Below are positions 27,438 through 41,813 of a stretch of DNA of 64,000 nt, one piece after another. The DNA is from Octopus vulgaris (lineage: Eukaryota), in the NCBI GenBank assembly GCA_951406725.2, contig OX597826.1, positions 46,500,001 to 46,564,000 on the forward strand, written 5' to 3'. The first letter of the stretch is position 1. The number at the start of each line of letters is the position of its first letter. A model generated the notes under the pieces. That model was not told where the DNA came from. It did no database searches and saw only the letters and a list, made by a program, of their open reading frames with translations. The translations under genes and the position numbers were made by a program.

Positions 27438-27888
27438 GCAAATATTCTGCTCAATACCACAGATTTGCTTGTCAGCTGTTTGACCTTAACCAGTTGAGCA
27501 TGTCCCTTAGTGGCTGACGATATGTGCATCTCTGATCACGAGCAGAAGTAGTGGGGGAGCATCATAGCCATGTGTTGAGAAGGATTCTTTGGGGTTTTAA
27601 TAATTCACCTCTGGAAGCATGGGTGTTTCGTTCAACGTCCTTAAACAACCCTTATTCAGGGACCTTTTGAGCGGGATGGGTTACTCGATCTGAAGAAAAT
27701 TCTAACTGGGCTCCACCTGCAAGGTCATGTGCTGTTTATCTTGATATGAGATCACCATGTCGCGGACATATGGTTGTGATGCATGTGCCTGGTGTACCCT
27801 TATCAGACGGGTAGTCATGATAGGTATACTTGGGCTTCGTATATTTTACCCCAGTGTCACTTTGATGACATGCTCTGCTCGCTCACTC
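27438..27888 (+). mobile_element. Probable 3' end/UTR of a second TAA-targeting retroelement
   Basis: Complex 450-bp block bounded by (AAT)n on both sides; starts with ANILLNT, resembling RLE C-terminal A.ILR.. motifs. Confidence 0.55.
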
Positions 27889-27957
<69 letters not shown>

Positions 27958-28664
27958 GATGATGATGATGATGAAGATAATAATATTAATAGCAATAATA
28001 ATCATAATGTATATGTATGGAAATACTATAAAAGCGAAATAAAAACTAAAAGCAAAAAATGCAACACGTGAGGAAATAACAAGGGGAGAGAAATGTGTGG
28101 GGAAATATTGGAATAACTCAATAACACTTCTAGGCAATCTTACGGGCCCCCAAAATGATATTTAATATAATTTATTAATATATAAATAAAATTTAATATC
28201 AGATACCTAGCAAACATAGCAAAGAGACTGTTGTATGGCTCGCAAACAGAAGTTCCACTTTTTTTCCTGTTTAAATTTAATAATTGTAACTTTTCTTTTT
28301 ATAAATTCCACTTTCTAATTCACTTATTGGTCTCCTTTTATGGGTATTTATTTAATTTAATTAAAAGCGATTAATAATCGTCTACATTGCATTGGTTTGT
28401 CTCTTTTCTCCTGCACCTCTAGATATACACAAAGACGTATGTAGAAAGATATCTGTATATGTACACCTAGTAAAATGTGAATATACAGAATATAGGTATT
28501 TATATTTATAGAGAAAATATAGACTCATCTTTTCTATCTCAGACTGTATTTCCATTCAGAATTGTTAATTCTGTTAATTAATACCATATAAGATTTCCAT
28601 ATATATAAAATAAATGTACGCGTCCTTTACTAAAATGATCCCCCCCTCTCTCTCTCTCTCTATC

Positions 28665-28713
<49 letters not shown>

Positions 28714-28739
28714 ATATATATATATATATGTTATATATA

Positions 28740-29180
<441 letters not shown>

Positions 29181-30699
29181 TATATATATATATATTCACT
29201 TCATTTTTGTATCTGATTTGCAAGATTTTTTATGCGAATTCGGGTGTTGAAACAAATTTTGTTGTGTCACGGTGAGTCATTACGCCAATATAATTAAAAC
29301 ACATACTGGTTTAATTCCACTAACTTGCTATTAATCAATTGGTTGAATATCTGAATGTTTTGTTTTTGTTTCTCAAAGTTCTTTCGTTGCTTCTTGCAAA
29401 CTTTTCAATGACTATTGCCTTAATCCGTTATGGAAGCCTCGTTTGTTTGAGATCTTATTGTGTGCGTATGTGTGAGTGCCAGCGTGCGCGCATGCTTCGG
29501 TATGTACGTTCGTCCGTATGTATGTATCTATATTTGTGTGTTTGTGTGTGTATGTATATGTGTATGTATATATGTTTATGCATATATATTTGCATGTATG
29601 TGTATGTATGTGTGTGTGAGTATACGCACACATACTTACAAATAGTTTGATAAATATTAAGCAATACTTTATATCGAATAATTAAATCCATAACCGGACT
29701 TTGAATATGCATTCATAATTTACTAGTACACTCATGTTTTATAGTAGCAATCTCCGGGTGAATAACTTCATTTAGTATCTAAGATTACAAATGAAGTCAG
29801 TGAATTTTGTCGCGTCCGGCTTTCAAATTGTAACCCGTGAATTGCCAAATTTTGTAGCATCTTAAATTTAATGTCTTGTTAAAAGTAATGAGAGATTATT
29901 GTTGTGTATGCCTGTTTGTACGCATAAGGGTATGTACGAATGTGCGGGCATGCATATATGTATATATACATTAAGTGCATTGTGCAAAATAATTAAACAG
30001 ATTGAAAAATATCAAAATGAAAATAAATCTTTTGTTTTTTTAATAACACATATCCTTTTAATGGACTTTCTAATATTATACCCTTTGTTTAGTTTTTTTA
30101 AAGTTATTATTTAAGAAATCCCTCTTCTTGATTCGACTAGACTTTGAATTAATGGAATTTTTCTGTATTGCGGTTATTTTATGTGTTGTCAGTGTATCCG
30201 CACCCTCTCAGTCAATGAATTTTCCGTTTACGCAATAAGAATCTTTTTGCAATTGCTGAATTAAATGACGAAATTATTCAACAATAGATTGTTACTGGAA
30301 ACTTGAGTCAAGGAGGTCTATATAACGTTCTTAGTTTGCAAAACTGTAAAAGATAACGTCCTTTATTATTATTGTATATATAACATAAAGCAAACGTGTA
30401 GCATTTTTGTGCATTTTGTTTACAGAAAATAAAGAAATAGCAGTAACAACAGTAATAACGTTTAATAAATGTTGCTTACTGCAAGTTATGGATGATTCTT
30501 TTATGACTTCATTGCTTTCAGGCTTAGCTTAAGGTATTTTCGCGCCTGACATCACAAAATGCGTCTGAATAAACATTGCCGGACAGCAAATAGAGACTCG
30601 GACATTGCTTAGAAAATAATTTTCATTTTTAACCTCGTATATAGTACGCACTAGGGATTTTGACCTTTAAATTTTGGGGGAAAAATGCGGATTACACTA

Positions 30700-31117
30700 G
30701 AGGATTTACGGTAAATACCAGCACAAGGAATAATGGTGAAACATTCCCATCAAAAAATTTGTCAAGTGTAAGCATAACAGGCTGGATGTCGTTGTTTGGG
30801 ACAGACAAGAAACAGTATGTACCGTCAGAGAGCTCAGCTGTCCTGCTGATGTGGATATTTTTTTGAAAATCAAAGAGAAAGAAGATAACTATGAACAACA
30901 GCTTCGAAACATTCAGCTTTTATAACCGGATTACAAATATGTATTTATACCATTTATAGTTGGAACACTTGATTTTGTAAGTAAATGCTTAACTGTCTGT
31001 CTGGATAGGCTTGGATTTTCGGATAAAGAAATCAACTGATCGATTCACACATTACAAATACAATCTGTAAGCGGAACAGTAGAACTATGCAAGACTTTTC
31101 TCAGGTTTAAAATGTGA
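30700..31117 (+). pseudogene. Decayed RLE domain of a second RLE-type non-LTR family
   Basis: NIPIKKFVKCKHNRLDVVVWDR...ELSCPAD...KIKEKEDNY...LRNIQLL*PDYKYVFIPFIVGTLDFV...VELCKTFLRFKM*. Confidence 0.75.
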
Positions 31118-31234
31118 CATTGTTTTCGTTATCTACATTCAAAAGATGGCTCTTTGTATCTTTGCTAGAAATCAGCTCCTTCTTCAGAGGATGAATTTAA
31201 ATGATTAAAAACAGAATACACACACGCACGCACG

Positions 31235-31318
<84 letters not shown>

Positions 31319-31654
31319 TATAATAGGACATATCTATAGATTTTAGTCGTCCACACACAGTGTTACGACGAAAGTGAACAATGAGTCTATGGAATATGCC
31401 GATGCAGATTGCTTGAGAAAGAGTGTATCAAAAATAGAAACGTGCATGTACCATTATCCACGAACCTACTATATACATATGTTCTTCACATTCACCACAA
31501 CACCATAATATTGTGTTGGCTACCGTATTTTCAGTGTGACACTATGGCAATATATACGTATTGTAGGCGTTTGTGTGTGTGTGTGAGTGTGTAGACGCAC
31601 ACATACAGATTATACACTCACACACACTCAGATTATACACACACACACACACTG

Positions 31655-31893
31655 CTCATTGTTTTACTGGAGAAGACACGAATCATTATCTTCTTCGTGT
31701 GTTTATATAACTATTTTATCGTGAATGAATTGCTGCTAATTTATCTCTTTAACATGCTAAACATTTTCCTAAACTCAACAGTTTTTAAATCTGTTCCGAT
31801 AAAACCACATAATATAATTAGCAATACAGCTTAATTATGCACACATGCCAGTAATTAGAGATTCCTCTTAGATGATGTCGTTAACGAAAACGT
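31655..31893. repeat. Arm 1 of a ~235-bp long-range inverted repeat
   Basis: Reverse complement of 37628-37863 with only a few differences. Confidence 0.92.
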
Positions 31894-32063
31894 CGTTACA
31901 GGCGCGGTATAGCCGCGTGGGTTAGATTTTCGCCTTGCATTAATGTGGCTTTCATTCCGAGGCTGCAACCTCAGAATGAGAAAACTTTGTGAGCAGGTAC
32001 GATTGACAAAAACCTTTTCGAAACTTATATACATCTCTCTGTCTCTGTCTGTCTGTCTGTCTG

Positions 32064-32166
<103 letters not shown>

Positions 32167-32821
32167 TATATACATACGTAAATGTACATACCTACATCTA
32201 TACGTGTATATATATAAGCATATGTGGGCACAGCACGTCATGAAGCGTGTACAACAAAAAAGTACGAAGCACGAGTACATGGAACATGAACTATTCTCTC
32301 GAACAACGAAAGACACAAATGGAAAACAAAACAAGCAACATAAAGAACGACCCTTCATCAGTTTTTGCTCATTCTAAGTAAATTAAATAAAATTTGGGAT
32401 TTTTGCGGAGGGTCAAAATAGGTAACACAAACAGGACAGTGAAAACAAACAGTAAGGGCTGCTAAGCCTAAACGCGGTTATGGTGGTGAACGCGTAAATC
32501 AAGCGTGGACAAGAGACAAACAAGTACACGTCTTCTTTGTTCCAGCTACAACGGAAAGAAAGAAAGAAACACAAGTTAGGAGAAGAAAGATGACTGATGG
32601 TCACGTAAGAGCCACGTGAGCAAGGGAGGAGGAGTGAAGGAGAGAGAGAGTGGTAGAGTAATAGCAAAGAATAGTGGGAGAAGAGGAGGTAAAATAATAA
32701 GAGAGAGAAAGAGAGAAAAACGATAAAGTAATATGATCGTATAGAGTGCGCATCAGAATTATTGAGATAAAACTTACTTGGAAGATGATGCGTGGTGTTC
32801 AATCATATAATAATAATAATG

Positions 32822-32896
<75 letters not shown>

Positions 32897-33069
32897 TACC
32901 TACATCTATACGTATATATATATAAGCATATGTGGGCACAGGACGTCATGAAACGCGTACAACAAAAATACGAAGCACGAGGAACAACGAAAGACACAAA
33001 TTTGTGTCGTTTGTTGTTCGAAAGAATAGTTCATGTTCCATGTACTCGTGCTTCGTATTTTTATTTCTG

Positions 33070-34430
33070 ACTAGTTTTGTTTTTCCAGTCTATGGTTTGT
33101 TGTTAACCTTTATTCGAAGGCGGGTGATGACTAGACGATAGTCTGTCCAGCAATCGTCAACGCTGTTAGCCCTTCATGAGATGAGGACATTTCTCTTGTC
33201 TCGTTGCCGGATTATGGAAGTGCCAGCGTTTCGATCTGGGGTGCTTCCAGGTGGTCTTGAAGCAATTTGAGAGTCGAAACTGGGTATTGGTGATGAAGAG
33301 AGAGAGAGAGTGTGTTCAGCGCACAGCCCAAGGAGCAAGAGTCCATTTTCGTTGCAGTTTCCGACTCTTTCTTTGTTAATAGAGTTCTCTCATAGTCTGT
33401 TGTCTCTTCTCCACTATTGCATCGAAATTCTTGAGGAGAAGGCGCTTGTCATATGGTGGTACATTGAAGATCAAGTCACTCAACTGTTGGTAGAAGGAGT
33501 TTTGCACAATCTCATTGGCATCAAGTGTAGGTGCGTAAGTAGAGATCAGTGTCATAAAGGTGGTAGCAGAGATTGGTATTCGGAGAGTCATAAGCCGATC
33601 ATTGATGGCAGAAGGTTTTAGATGGTGTTCCTTCACAAGCTTGGATTTTACAGGAAAAGAGATTCAGTGAATGTTTCTCTCTCTTCTTTCCCTTTCCAGA
33701 AGAAGGTACAACCTGAACCTATCTCTCCAGTCTTCCTTTCCCCAGATTAACATGTTTCACTGAGGGCAGCGATGTCGATGTTAAACCACACTAGTTCTTT
33801 GGAGACAGGAGCTGTTTTACATTTTGGTCTCTCCTTGTATTGGGGATCGAGGAGCGTTTGCACGTTCCATGTTTCAATGGTTAATTAAATTAATTTAATT
33901 TCTGTTGTTCGACCGCTTGAATGTGTGTCCTGCTGTATGCGGCTTACCAGCCAGGATTCTGTTGTGACAGCCGATGTTTAGCCCACCTTTCCTAGGGTCT
34001 TCCCCATTCAGGGTGAGCAGCAGTGTTCTCAAATAGGCTTGCCCAGTAGCAGATGTAGGACCGAGTTTCTAGGTTGTCAGCAGGTCCCAGGAAGGCGACC
34101 ATCTTGCATCTGAAGCCAGTGTGCAGGTCTGCACTGAGAGCTTCTAGTTTTAACAAACTTGCTCCCATTATCCTTACCCTATCGCCGTTGGTTTTTGTAG
34201 AGAAAAAAAAAGGGTAAAGAAGAGTTGGATCAAAAAGAAACCAGCCAAAGGCGTGAGGTTTTTTTAGGGTGGAGATCTCCTTACCAAGGGGGTCCCCACA
34301 CTCTATTGCCCCAAATCCTCCTTCCGCGGCACTATGCAGAGTCAATTGCAAGGTCCGGAAGATGAGTTGCAACGGAATGCCGCTTGCTCCAATGTCATTA
34401 GAGTTGCGCCTTTCTAGAGTATCGCTGTCC
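33070..34430 (-). mobile_element. 5' portion of an RTE-clade LINE (5' UTR plus APE endonuclease), RT missing
   Basis: WNVQTL, IDIAALSET, TFFWKG, INDRLMTLRIP, TYAPT and DCWTDYRLV APE motifs, with frameshifts; 5' boundary approximate. Confidence 0.85.
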
Positions 34431-35016
34431 GACTGACACCATTCATTAGATTAAACACGGAGAGGACCTTGGAACTAGAATGAAATAAAATAACAGACTC
34501 AGTAATTGTGGTCCATCGTTATGTCTACAACCTCAGGCTAAAACACGAATAATTAAAAATCAAAATCATTTAAGTATGCGAGTGTATGTGTGAGTGTGAA
34601 TGTGTGTGAATGTGTGTGTGTGTGTGTGTGTGTGTGCGTGCATGGACATTTCTAAAGGAAAAGTATGAGAGTAACCTTGAAGTTTCACCGTTGATTCAAT
34701 ATTTACATAAATTGAAAGCTGCAATTCATGCTTGCTTTTGTCTGTAAATGGGAAAGCAAGCATTGAATCTCTCCCCCTCTTTCTCTCACTCTCATACACA
34801 CGAGTATATACGCAGATGCATACACACAGAGATGCATATCAATGTAAATGTATGTATGTATGTATGTGTGTATGTGTGTATGCATGTATACCTTTATGTA
34901 AATACATGTGTGTACTTTAAGGTTTGTTTTGTTATTTACAGACAAAAACAGGCATGTGTGTGCGCGCGTGTGTGTGTGTGTGTAATGTCGTATATATACA
35001 TATAATATAAATATAT

Positions 35017-35546
35017 AGGCGTGACTGTGTGGTAAGAAGGCGGCGAGTTGGCAGAAACTTTAGCACGTTGGGCGAAATGCTTATCAGTATGCCATCTGTC
35101 CTTACGTTCTGAGTTCAAATTCCGCCGAGGTCGACTTTGCTTTTCATCCTTTCGGGGTCGATAAATTAAGTACCAGTTACGCTGGTAATCGACTTAATTC
35201 CTTTGTCTGTTCTTGTTAGCCTCTTGTGGGCAATAAAGAAATAAGAAGCTTGCTTTCCAAACACATGGTTCTGTGTGGCAGCTTGGGCAAGTGTCTTCTA
35301 CTATAGCTCAGGGTCGACCGAAGCCTTGTGAGAGGATTTGGTGGACGGAATCTGAAAAAAAGCCCGTCCTATATACAGCATAGCTTGACAACCGATGTTG
35401 GTGTGCTTACGTCTCCGTAACTTAGCGGTTCGGCAAAAGAGACCGATAGAATAAGTGCTAGGCTTACAAAGAATAAGTCCCTGGGTCGATTTGTTCGACC
35501 AGCATGGCCGCAATCAAATGACTGAAACAAGTAAAAGAACAAAAGA
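35017..35546 (+). mobile_element. SINE family B lacking its internal microsatellite, with a SINE A (35040-35241) inserted in its head
   Basis: TSD TAAGAAG at 35033-35039 and 35242-35248. Confidence 0.88.
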
Positions 35547-35566
35547 ATATACATATTTCCATATGC

Positions 35567-35632
<66 letters not shown>

Positions 35633-35670
35633 ATGTATGTATGTATGTATGTATGTATGTATGTATGTGA

Positions 35671-35992
35671 AGGCGCGTGGCTTAGTGGTTGGGGGCATTC
35701 GGCTCATGATCGTAAGGTCGTGAGTTCAATTCCAGGCGGCGCGTTGTGTCCTTGAGCAAGACACTTTATTTCACGCTGCTCCAGTCTACTCAGCTGGCAA
35801 AAATATAAGTAGTACCTGTAGTTTAAAGGGTCAGCCTTATCACAGTCTGTGTCACGCTGAATCTCCCCGAGAACTACGTTAAAGGTACACGTGTCTGTGG
35901 AGTGCTCAGCCACTTGCACGTTAATTTCACGAGCAAGCTGTTCCGTTGATCGTATCAGCTGGGACCCTCGTCGTCGCGACCGAGGGAGTGCT
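35671..35992 (+). mobile_element. SINE family C, full length
   Basis: tRNA-like head GGCGCGTGGCTTAGTGGTT...GAGTTCAATTCC, then GTGTCCTTGAGCAAGACACTT; body shared with the D-head copy at 62850-63125. Confidence 0.88.
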
Positions 35993-36597
35993 CCTATGTA
36001 TATATGTATATATAAATATATCTATCTATATATAAGCTCTGCAAACCTCTTATTAAAATTATTTGGAGACGAAACCTTTTCAAGAAAATAGCTGGCTGAT
36101 AGCATTAAACAAATAAGGAGTTTGGGATTTAAATAATCGGTTTCCAGAATGGGTATAGTACATTTACGTATACATGTATGTATGTAAGTATGTACGTACC
36201 TACGTGTGTGTGTGTGTGTGTGTGTGTGTGTTCACGCGCGCGCCATTAACACAACTTGCAGGCTGAAACTAGTAAAGGAGTATGTACACACATATAATTA
36301 TGTAATTATATATACACACACATACACAGACAATCCCCCACATCATAGACATATATCTATACACATCCATCCATCCATACATACATATATACATATATAT
36401 ACATACTAACAGGCATACATTCATACAAGAGAGTTCGCCGTCATATGATAGGCAACGTTGGAGATATGCTTTTGCCAGTATAGGTAATATCAGTTAATAT
36501 ATACAATAATTAAAATTCAGCTTTTAACAAATTTCTTGGTGCGTAATATAATTCATAAAATAAATACAAATTTCAAAACAATATTTATTACCTATAA

Positions 36598-36992
36598 GGC
36601 GGCGAGCTGGCAGAAACGTTAGCACGCCGGGCGAAATGCGTAGACGTATTTCGTCTGCCGTTACGTTCTGAGTTCAAATTCTGCCGAGGTCGACTTTGCC
36701 TTTCATCCTTTCGGGGTCGATAAATTAAGTATCAGTTATGCACTGGGGTCGATGTAATGGACTTAATCCAGTTGTCTGTCCTTGTTTCTCCCCTCTGTGT
36801 TTAGCCCCTTGTGGGTAGTGAAGAAATAAGTATTTCGTCTGTCTTTACGTTGTGATTTCAAATTCCGCCGAGGTCAACTTTGCCTTTCATCCTTTCAGGG
36901 TCGATAAATTAAGTATTAGGTGCGTACTGGGGTCGATCTAATCGACTGGCCCCTACCCCAAAATTTCAGGCTTTGTGCCTAGAGAAGAAAAG
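36598..36992 (+). mobile_element. SINE family A dimer with 18-bp TSD
   Basis: TSD AATATTTATTACCTATAA at 36580-36597 and 36993-37010 encloses both units. Confidence 0.92.
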
Positions 36993-37627
36993 AATATTTA
37001 TTACCTATAAATTATATACAACAAATTTCTCATTTGTCTAACTCCTCCCATAACTACTCTGTCATTCAATCCTACTCTTTCTTCTCCCTATCACTGATTC
37101 TTTCTTATTGTGCGCGTGTGTGTGAAGCGTTGTTTCATTCACTGCCTGCCACCAAGCGTAGTATGTGCATCCATCCCGCACCTCTATCTCTTTTTTTACT
37201 TCTGTACTCCAACTCTCAATGTGATATAAAGTGTGAGTGGGAAAATCAACCAAACAACAATTCAACCAACCAACCAACCAACATTTATATCGGCTATTAT
37301 TGTAGCGAGATAATAAACCTGTGAGTAAACAGAATTGTTATCACGCCATACTAAAAATGCTTAGCAGTATTTCTCGTTACTATTTTGAGCATAAGTTCCA
37401 CCGAAGTTGATTTTGCCTTTTATCCTATCCTGGTCGATAAAATAAGTACCAGCTGAGCACTGGAGTCTATAAATTCGACTAGCCAACATCCACAATAGAA
37501 AGAATTAATCTATATAGAAATAATGTTTTAATGCATCTGATTTATCCATTTGACATTACATAAATGCAGATACCGCGTCCAACACTGGAGTCGAACCCTT
37601 CATCGTGGTATAGCAAATCCTATATCA

Positions 37628-37863
37628 ACGTTTTCGTTAACGACATCATCTAAGAGGAATCTCTAATTACTGGCATGTGTATATAATTAAGCTGTATTGC
37701 TAATTATATTATGTGGTTTTATCGGAACAGATTTAAAAACTGTTGAGTTTAGGAAAATGTTTAGCATGTTAAAGAGATAAATTAGCAGCAATTCATTCAC
37801 GATAAAACAGTTATATAAACACACGAAGAAGATAATGACGCATGTCTTTAGTAAAACAATGAG
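37628..37863. repeat. Arm 2 of the ~235-bp long-range inverted repeat
   Basis: Reverse complement of 31655-31893. Confidence 0.92.
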
Positions 37864-38413
37864 GTGTGTGTGTGTATGTGTGTATGTGTGTGTGTGTATG
37901 TGTGTGTGTGTGCATGTATGTTGGTGGGGATGGGGTATAGAGATGTCTGTTTATATATTCGTAAAAAAAGAAAATTTTAAATGTGCTCAAGTTGTGCCAA
38001 GTTTGTTCTGAGTATTATACTGAATATACAAACATACCCGCGTGTATACATACATACATACATACATACATACATACATACATACATACATACATACATA
38101 CATACATGCATGCATGCATACATACATACATACATACATACATACATACATACATGCATACATACATACATACATACATGCATGCATGCATACATACATA
38201 CATACATACATACATACATACATACATACATACATACATACATACATACATACATACATACATACATACGAACATACATATGTGTGTGCGTGTTTGTGTG
38301 TGTGTGTAAGTCGTCTAAGAATCCATAAATCTATATCAGGAAAAGTGCACTTGTGTATCTGTCAGTAGAGTGTGTATATTAATCGAAGAGTACAGTATTA
38401 TAAATCTGTTGTG

Positions 38414-38505
38414 GCCGATATTACCAATCGGTTTCGCACTAGCAGTTCAAAGGATTTTTAGGTAACAGTTAGATTACGTAACCTTACGCTCTTCAGAGAT
38501 AGCCG
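38414..38505 (-). ncRNA. Hammerhead-like motif with long stem II region, downstream of the Penelope-like ORF
   Basis: Reverse complement: CTGAAGA-GCG...TGC-GAAACC(GATT)GGTA|; stem III ACC/GGT; stem I only partly paired. Confidence 0.5.
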
Positions 38506-39031
38506 TTATGGCATGAAATATGGTGACTGCTGTCTATTGTTGGAGGTGAACAGACACATCCGGTTTGTGGTTGGTGTGAAAAAGATGATGAAACGAATCG
38601 AGCAAGGGTTAAGTTGAAAGTTACCAAAAGCACCATCTCTGGGGTGTTGCAAGTCAGCAAGAATTTTCTGGAAGAGAATTTATGGGGTATGTGTGTATCT
38701 TTAAAGCTGGCGTTCTTGTAGAAATGGAATGTGTCTATTGGTACTATATATACTGCAAATTTAGGGTAAATACTTGATAAGTGTAAGCACCTGTATACGC
38801 CAGCTAGTGGCAGAGGTGAGAGGGTATATATATATAGCCTTTGTAAGGAGGCAGCGGTGGGGGGAGGGGTCATATACATCTGTGGTCGTTAATGTGCTTT
38901 CTTTTTTTTATGTTCGGTTAAATTCGTGCGGCATCTATGTATGCATGTGGTGTGTAGGGGTACAATATGTGTCGGGGGCTTATATTGGTGAGGAGGATGG
39001 AAAATTGTATATTGGGTGGATATCCGTTCTC

Positions 39032-39081
<50 letters not shown>

Positions 39082-39214
39082 TGTGTGATCGAGAGTGCGC
39101 TAGTGTATGTTCTGGTCAAACTCTTTGCCGGACTCCCGGGTATTGGTGAGTGGGGAATGAAGTTGGGGGAATTGGTGATTATATTCATGATGTGGCAAGT
39201 AGGTATTATAGGAT

Positions 39215-39790
39215 GTATTCCTTTCATGTGGACAAAGATTGACAATTTAACTTCTGCTCTTCAGGTGCTGTGAGCTCCTTAATATAACATTTTTCTCAGC
39301 CGGGCATAATCTGCATTTCCTGCAGCTATTGAATCCTCCACTTTATGCAGTACTCGGAGGTGCTTTCTTTTAACGACCATACGTGCTTGGCCAGAGTTGT
39401 GGGGTTATGTTGAAAGAGGACTTTTGGTTGTTATAGCGGTTTCTGAAGGTGTCTTCAGTTACTCCTACGTACTTTCGCACGTTTGGTAGACCATTTGGTT
39501 CTGTTGTTCTTACCTCTGCCTCGTATTCGACGGTTTTCGTATTACTGTGGACACGTCGTGTTACCCATACACGGGCATCCTACCGCTGTCTTAGGTGTAG
39601 GCCTACCAACTAAAATCTTTTTTATATTGGGTGCACGGCTAAAAGAAACTCTCAGGGTGTGCCTATTAAATATTTCACCGAACCTTTTTGTACGAGGGAG
39701 GTGTTTGTCTTATAAGTAAGGCAAGTCTTACCTACTCGGCTTTTAACACTTGAAGAGAAGGACTGTGTGAACCACGGTATTTTCCGGTGT
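39215..39790 (-). pseudogene. Penelope-like element ORF fragment (RT thumb/linker plus GIY-YIG endonuclease); element probably extends to ~38395
   Basis: RKIPWFTQSFSSSVKSRVGK...IFNRHTLRVSFS..PNIKKI; KYVGVTEDTFRNRYNNQKSSF; TLAKHVWSLK; CRLCPAEK...KSRS..VNLCPH. Confidence 0.85.
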
Positions 39791-39939
39791 GTATGTATGT
39801 ACATATATACATAAATATATATATATATGTATGTACTTACACACACACGCACATACACACACATACATTCACTCACACGCACATACACGCAGACACACAC
39901 TCACTCACACACACACGCGCGCGCACATGCACGCGTATA

Positions 39940-40773
39940 CATGGTGCGATGGGTAAACTGTAATTTTCTATTTTTTATTTCACGCATGCGCATTGTTTGT
40001 ATTTGATTTTATCGACTACACACCGTATCTAAGAAAAACAACAGAATGACGCATTTCATTCTACCAGAAATTTGGAAACGACATACTGTACTGCTTGGCA
40101 TTCACGTCGGAAGCTCCAATACGAACATTTCAGAATTTTAGGTGTCAGTCTGAGGATTCAGATACATAATAAACACCCAGTGAACATCATGGTTTTTGGA
40201 GTGATCACTAGTGATGGCGACGCATTCATCTTCCCACACGGCTTCAGACTCTCACGCACACACGTACGCCTACATCAAGTGCCTGGAGGAGGTAGTGCTG
40301 CTCTGGGTCAAGAGGGTGGCTGCTAGAAGACCCTATCTCTGGCAAAAGGACTCTGCACCATGCCATACAAGCAGGAGAACCTGATCATGACTGTCAGACA
40401 ATTCCTGAAACCACATCACCCCTAGCATCTGGCCCGTTAACTCCCCAGACTGCAACCCACTTCATTATTATGTGTGGGGCGCAATTGAGCGAGAGACCAA
40501 CAAAACTCCTTGTAACATCAAAGATGAACTGAAGGCAAGGATTATGACTGCATTCACCAACTTAAACAAGGAGACCGCCCAGAAGAGTTGCAGAGATTCC
40601 GAAGTCGTCTGGAGGCCGTGGTTCAAGCCAATGACAATTTTATTGAATAGATTTACTCTTTAGTATTTCAAGATATTTTTATGTAATTTTAGTAAATATA
40701 TCTGTTAAAATGAAATGTAAATGTTATTTTTATTTTTGCCTAATTTAGACGAGATTTTCTTCACCAAACTCTG
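39940..40773 (+). mobile_element. Internally deleted DD37D (maT) transposon, same family as 12421-13638
   Basis: Shared left end; exactly 37 codons between the second catalytic D codon (WQKD) and the NPL(D>H) codon. Confidence 0.9.
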
Positions 40774-40777
40774 TGTG

Positions 40778-40830
<53 letters not shown>

Positions 40831-40980
40831 GCATATATATATATATACATATACATATATACACATATATACATATATATATATATGTATATATACACAC
40901 ATATTCATATATATACACATACAGACATATATATATATACGTACATATATACATCTATACAAATATAAATATATATACAC

Positions 40981-41026
<46 letters not shown>

Positions 41027-41813
41027 GTACATACATACATATATATGTATATGTGTGTTTATATTATATATATATAAACACACACACACACATATGAAAC
41101 ATGCTTCTGTTTAGTTCCCATCTGCCAAACTAGCAAATCCATTTACAAGGCACTATTACAAGACACTTGTCCAAAATGCTGCGCAATGGTATTGAATCCG
41201 AAACCAAGGGATTTCAAACTAGCTACTTAGCCAGACACCCGGGCTTGTGTTTAAAAATCCTATTCAAATTACTCATAAGACTGAAAAAGTTTTCAATGAA
41301 AATGAAATAGTGAATTGCTTCAATTCTGTGGATGTTTAAGTTATTAATTACCTATTAACAATTAAATATTTTAATGAACCCGTTCCTCCTCTTACCTACA
41401 CACCTGTATTTAAAACATTAGAACCTTAGAATAAATCAATAACTGGTAGGATATACCTTAGGGATTATTTAGTTTACTGTCGAGATGTTTAAATCAGCCA
41501 TCTTATAAATGAGCCGACTTCACAACATATCTTCACATTTGTTTTGTTGTTGTTGTTGGTTTTGTTGTCTTACATATGAATGATAAAGAAAATAATAAAC
41601 CTTTGCCACAAATTAGAACTGAAAAAGTTTTCTTCGAAGTTTTACTCTCAAAAATCTTATTAAAGTTGTCAGAACACTAGGGAACAAGCAATTCCATGGG
41701 GCATACATACGACAAATTACTTAAATTTTCCAAGAAAATTTTACAGATCTGAAACATCTAGAAGTTGATGAGTGCATAAATGTAAGTATTTTCTCAATTT
41801 CACTTTGTATGTA

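Noticed and set aside
35671-35740. SINE C/D heads as functional tRNA genes
   Set aside because: They continue into SINE bodies and lack a complete cloverleaf and terminator.
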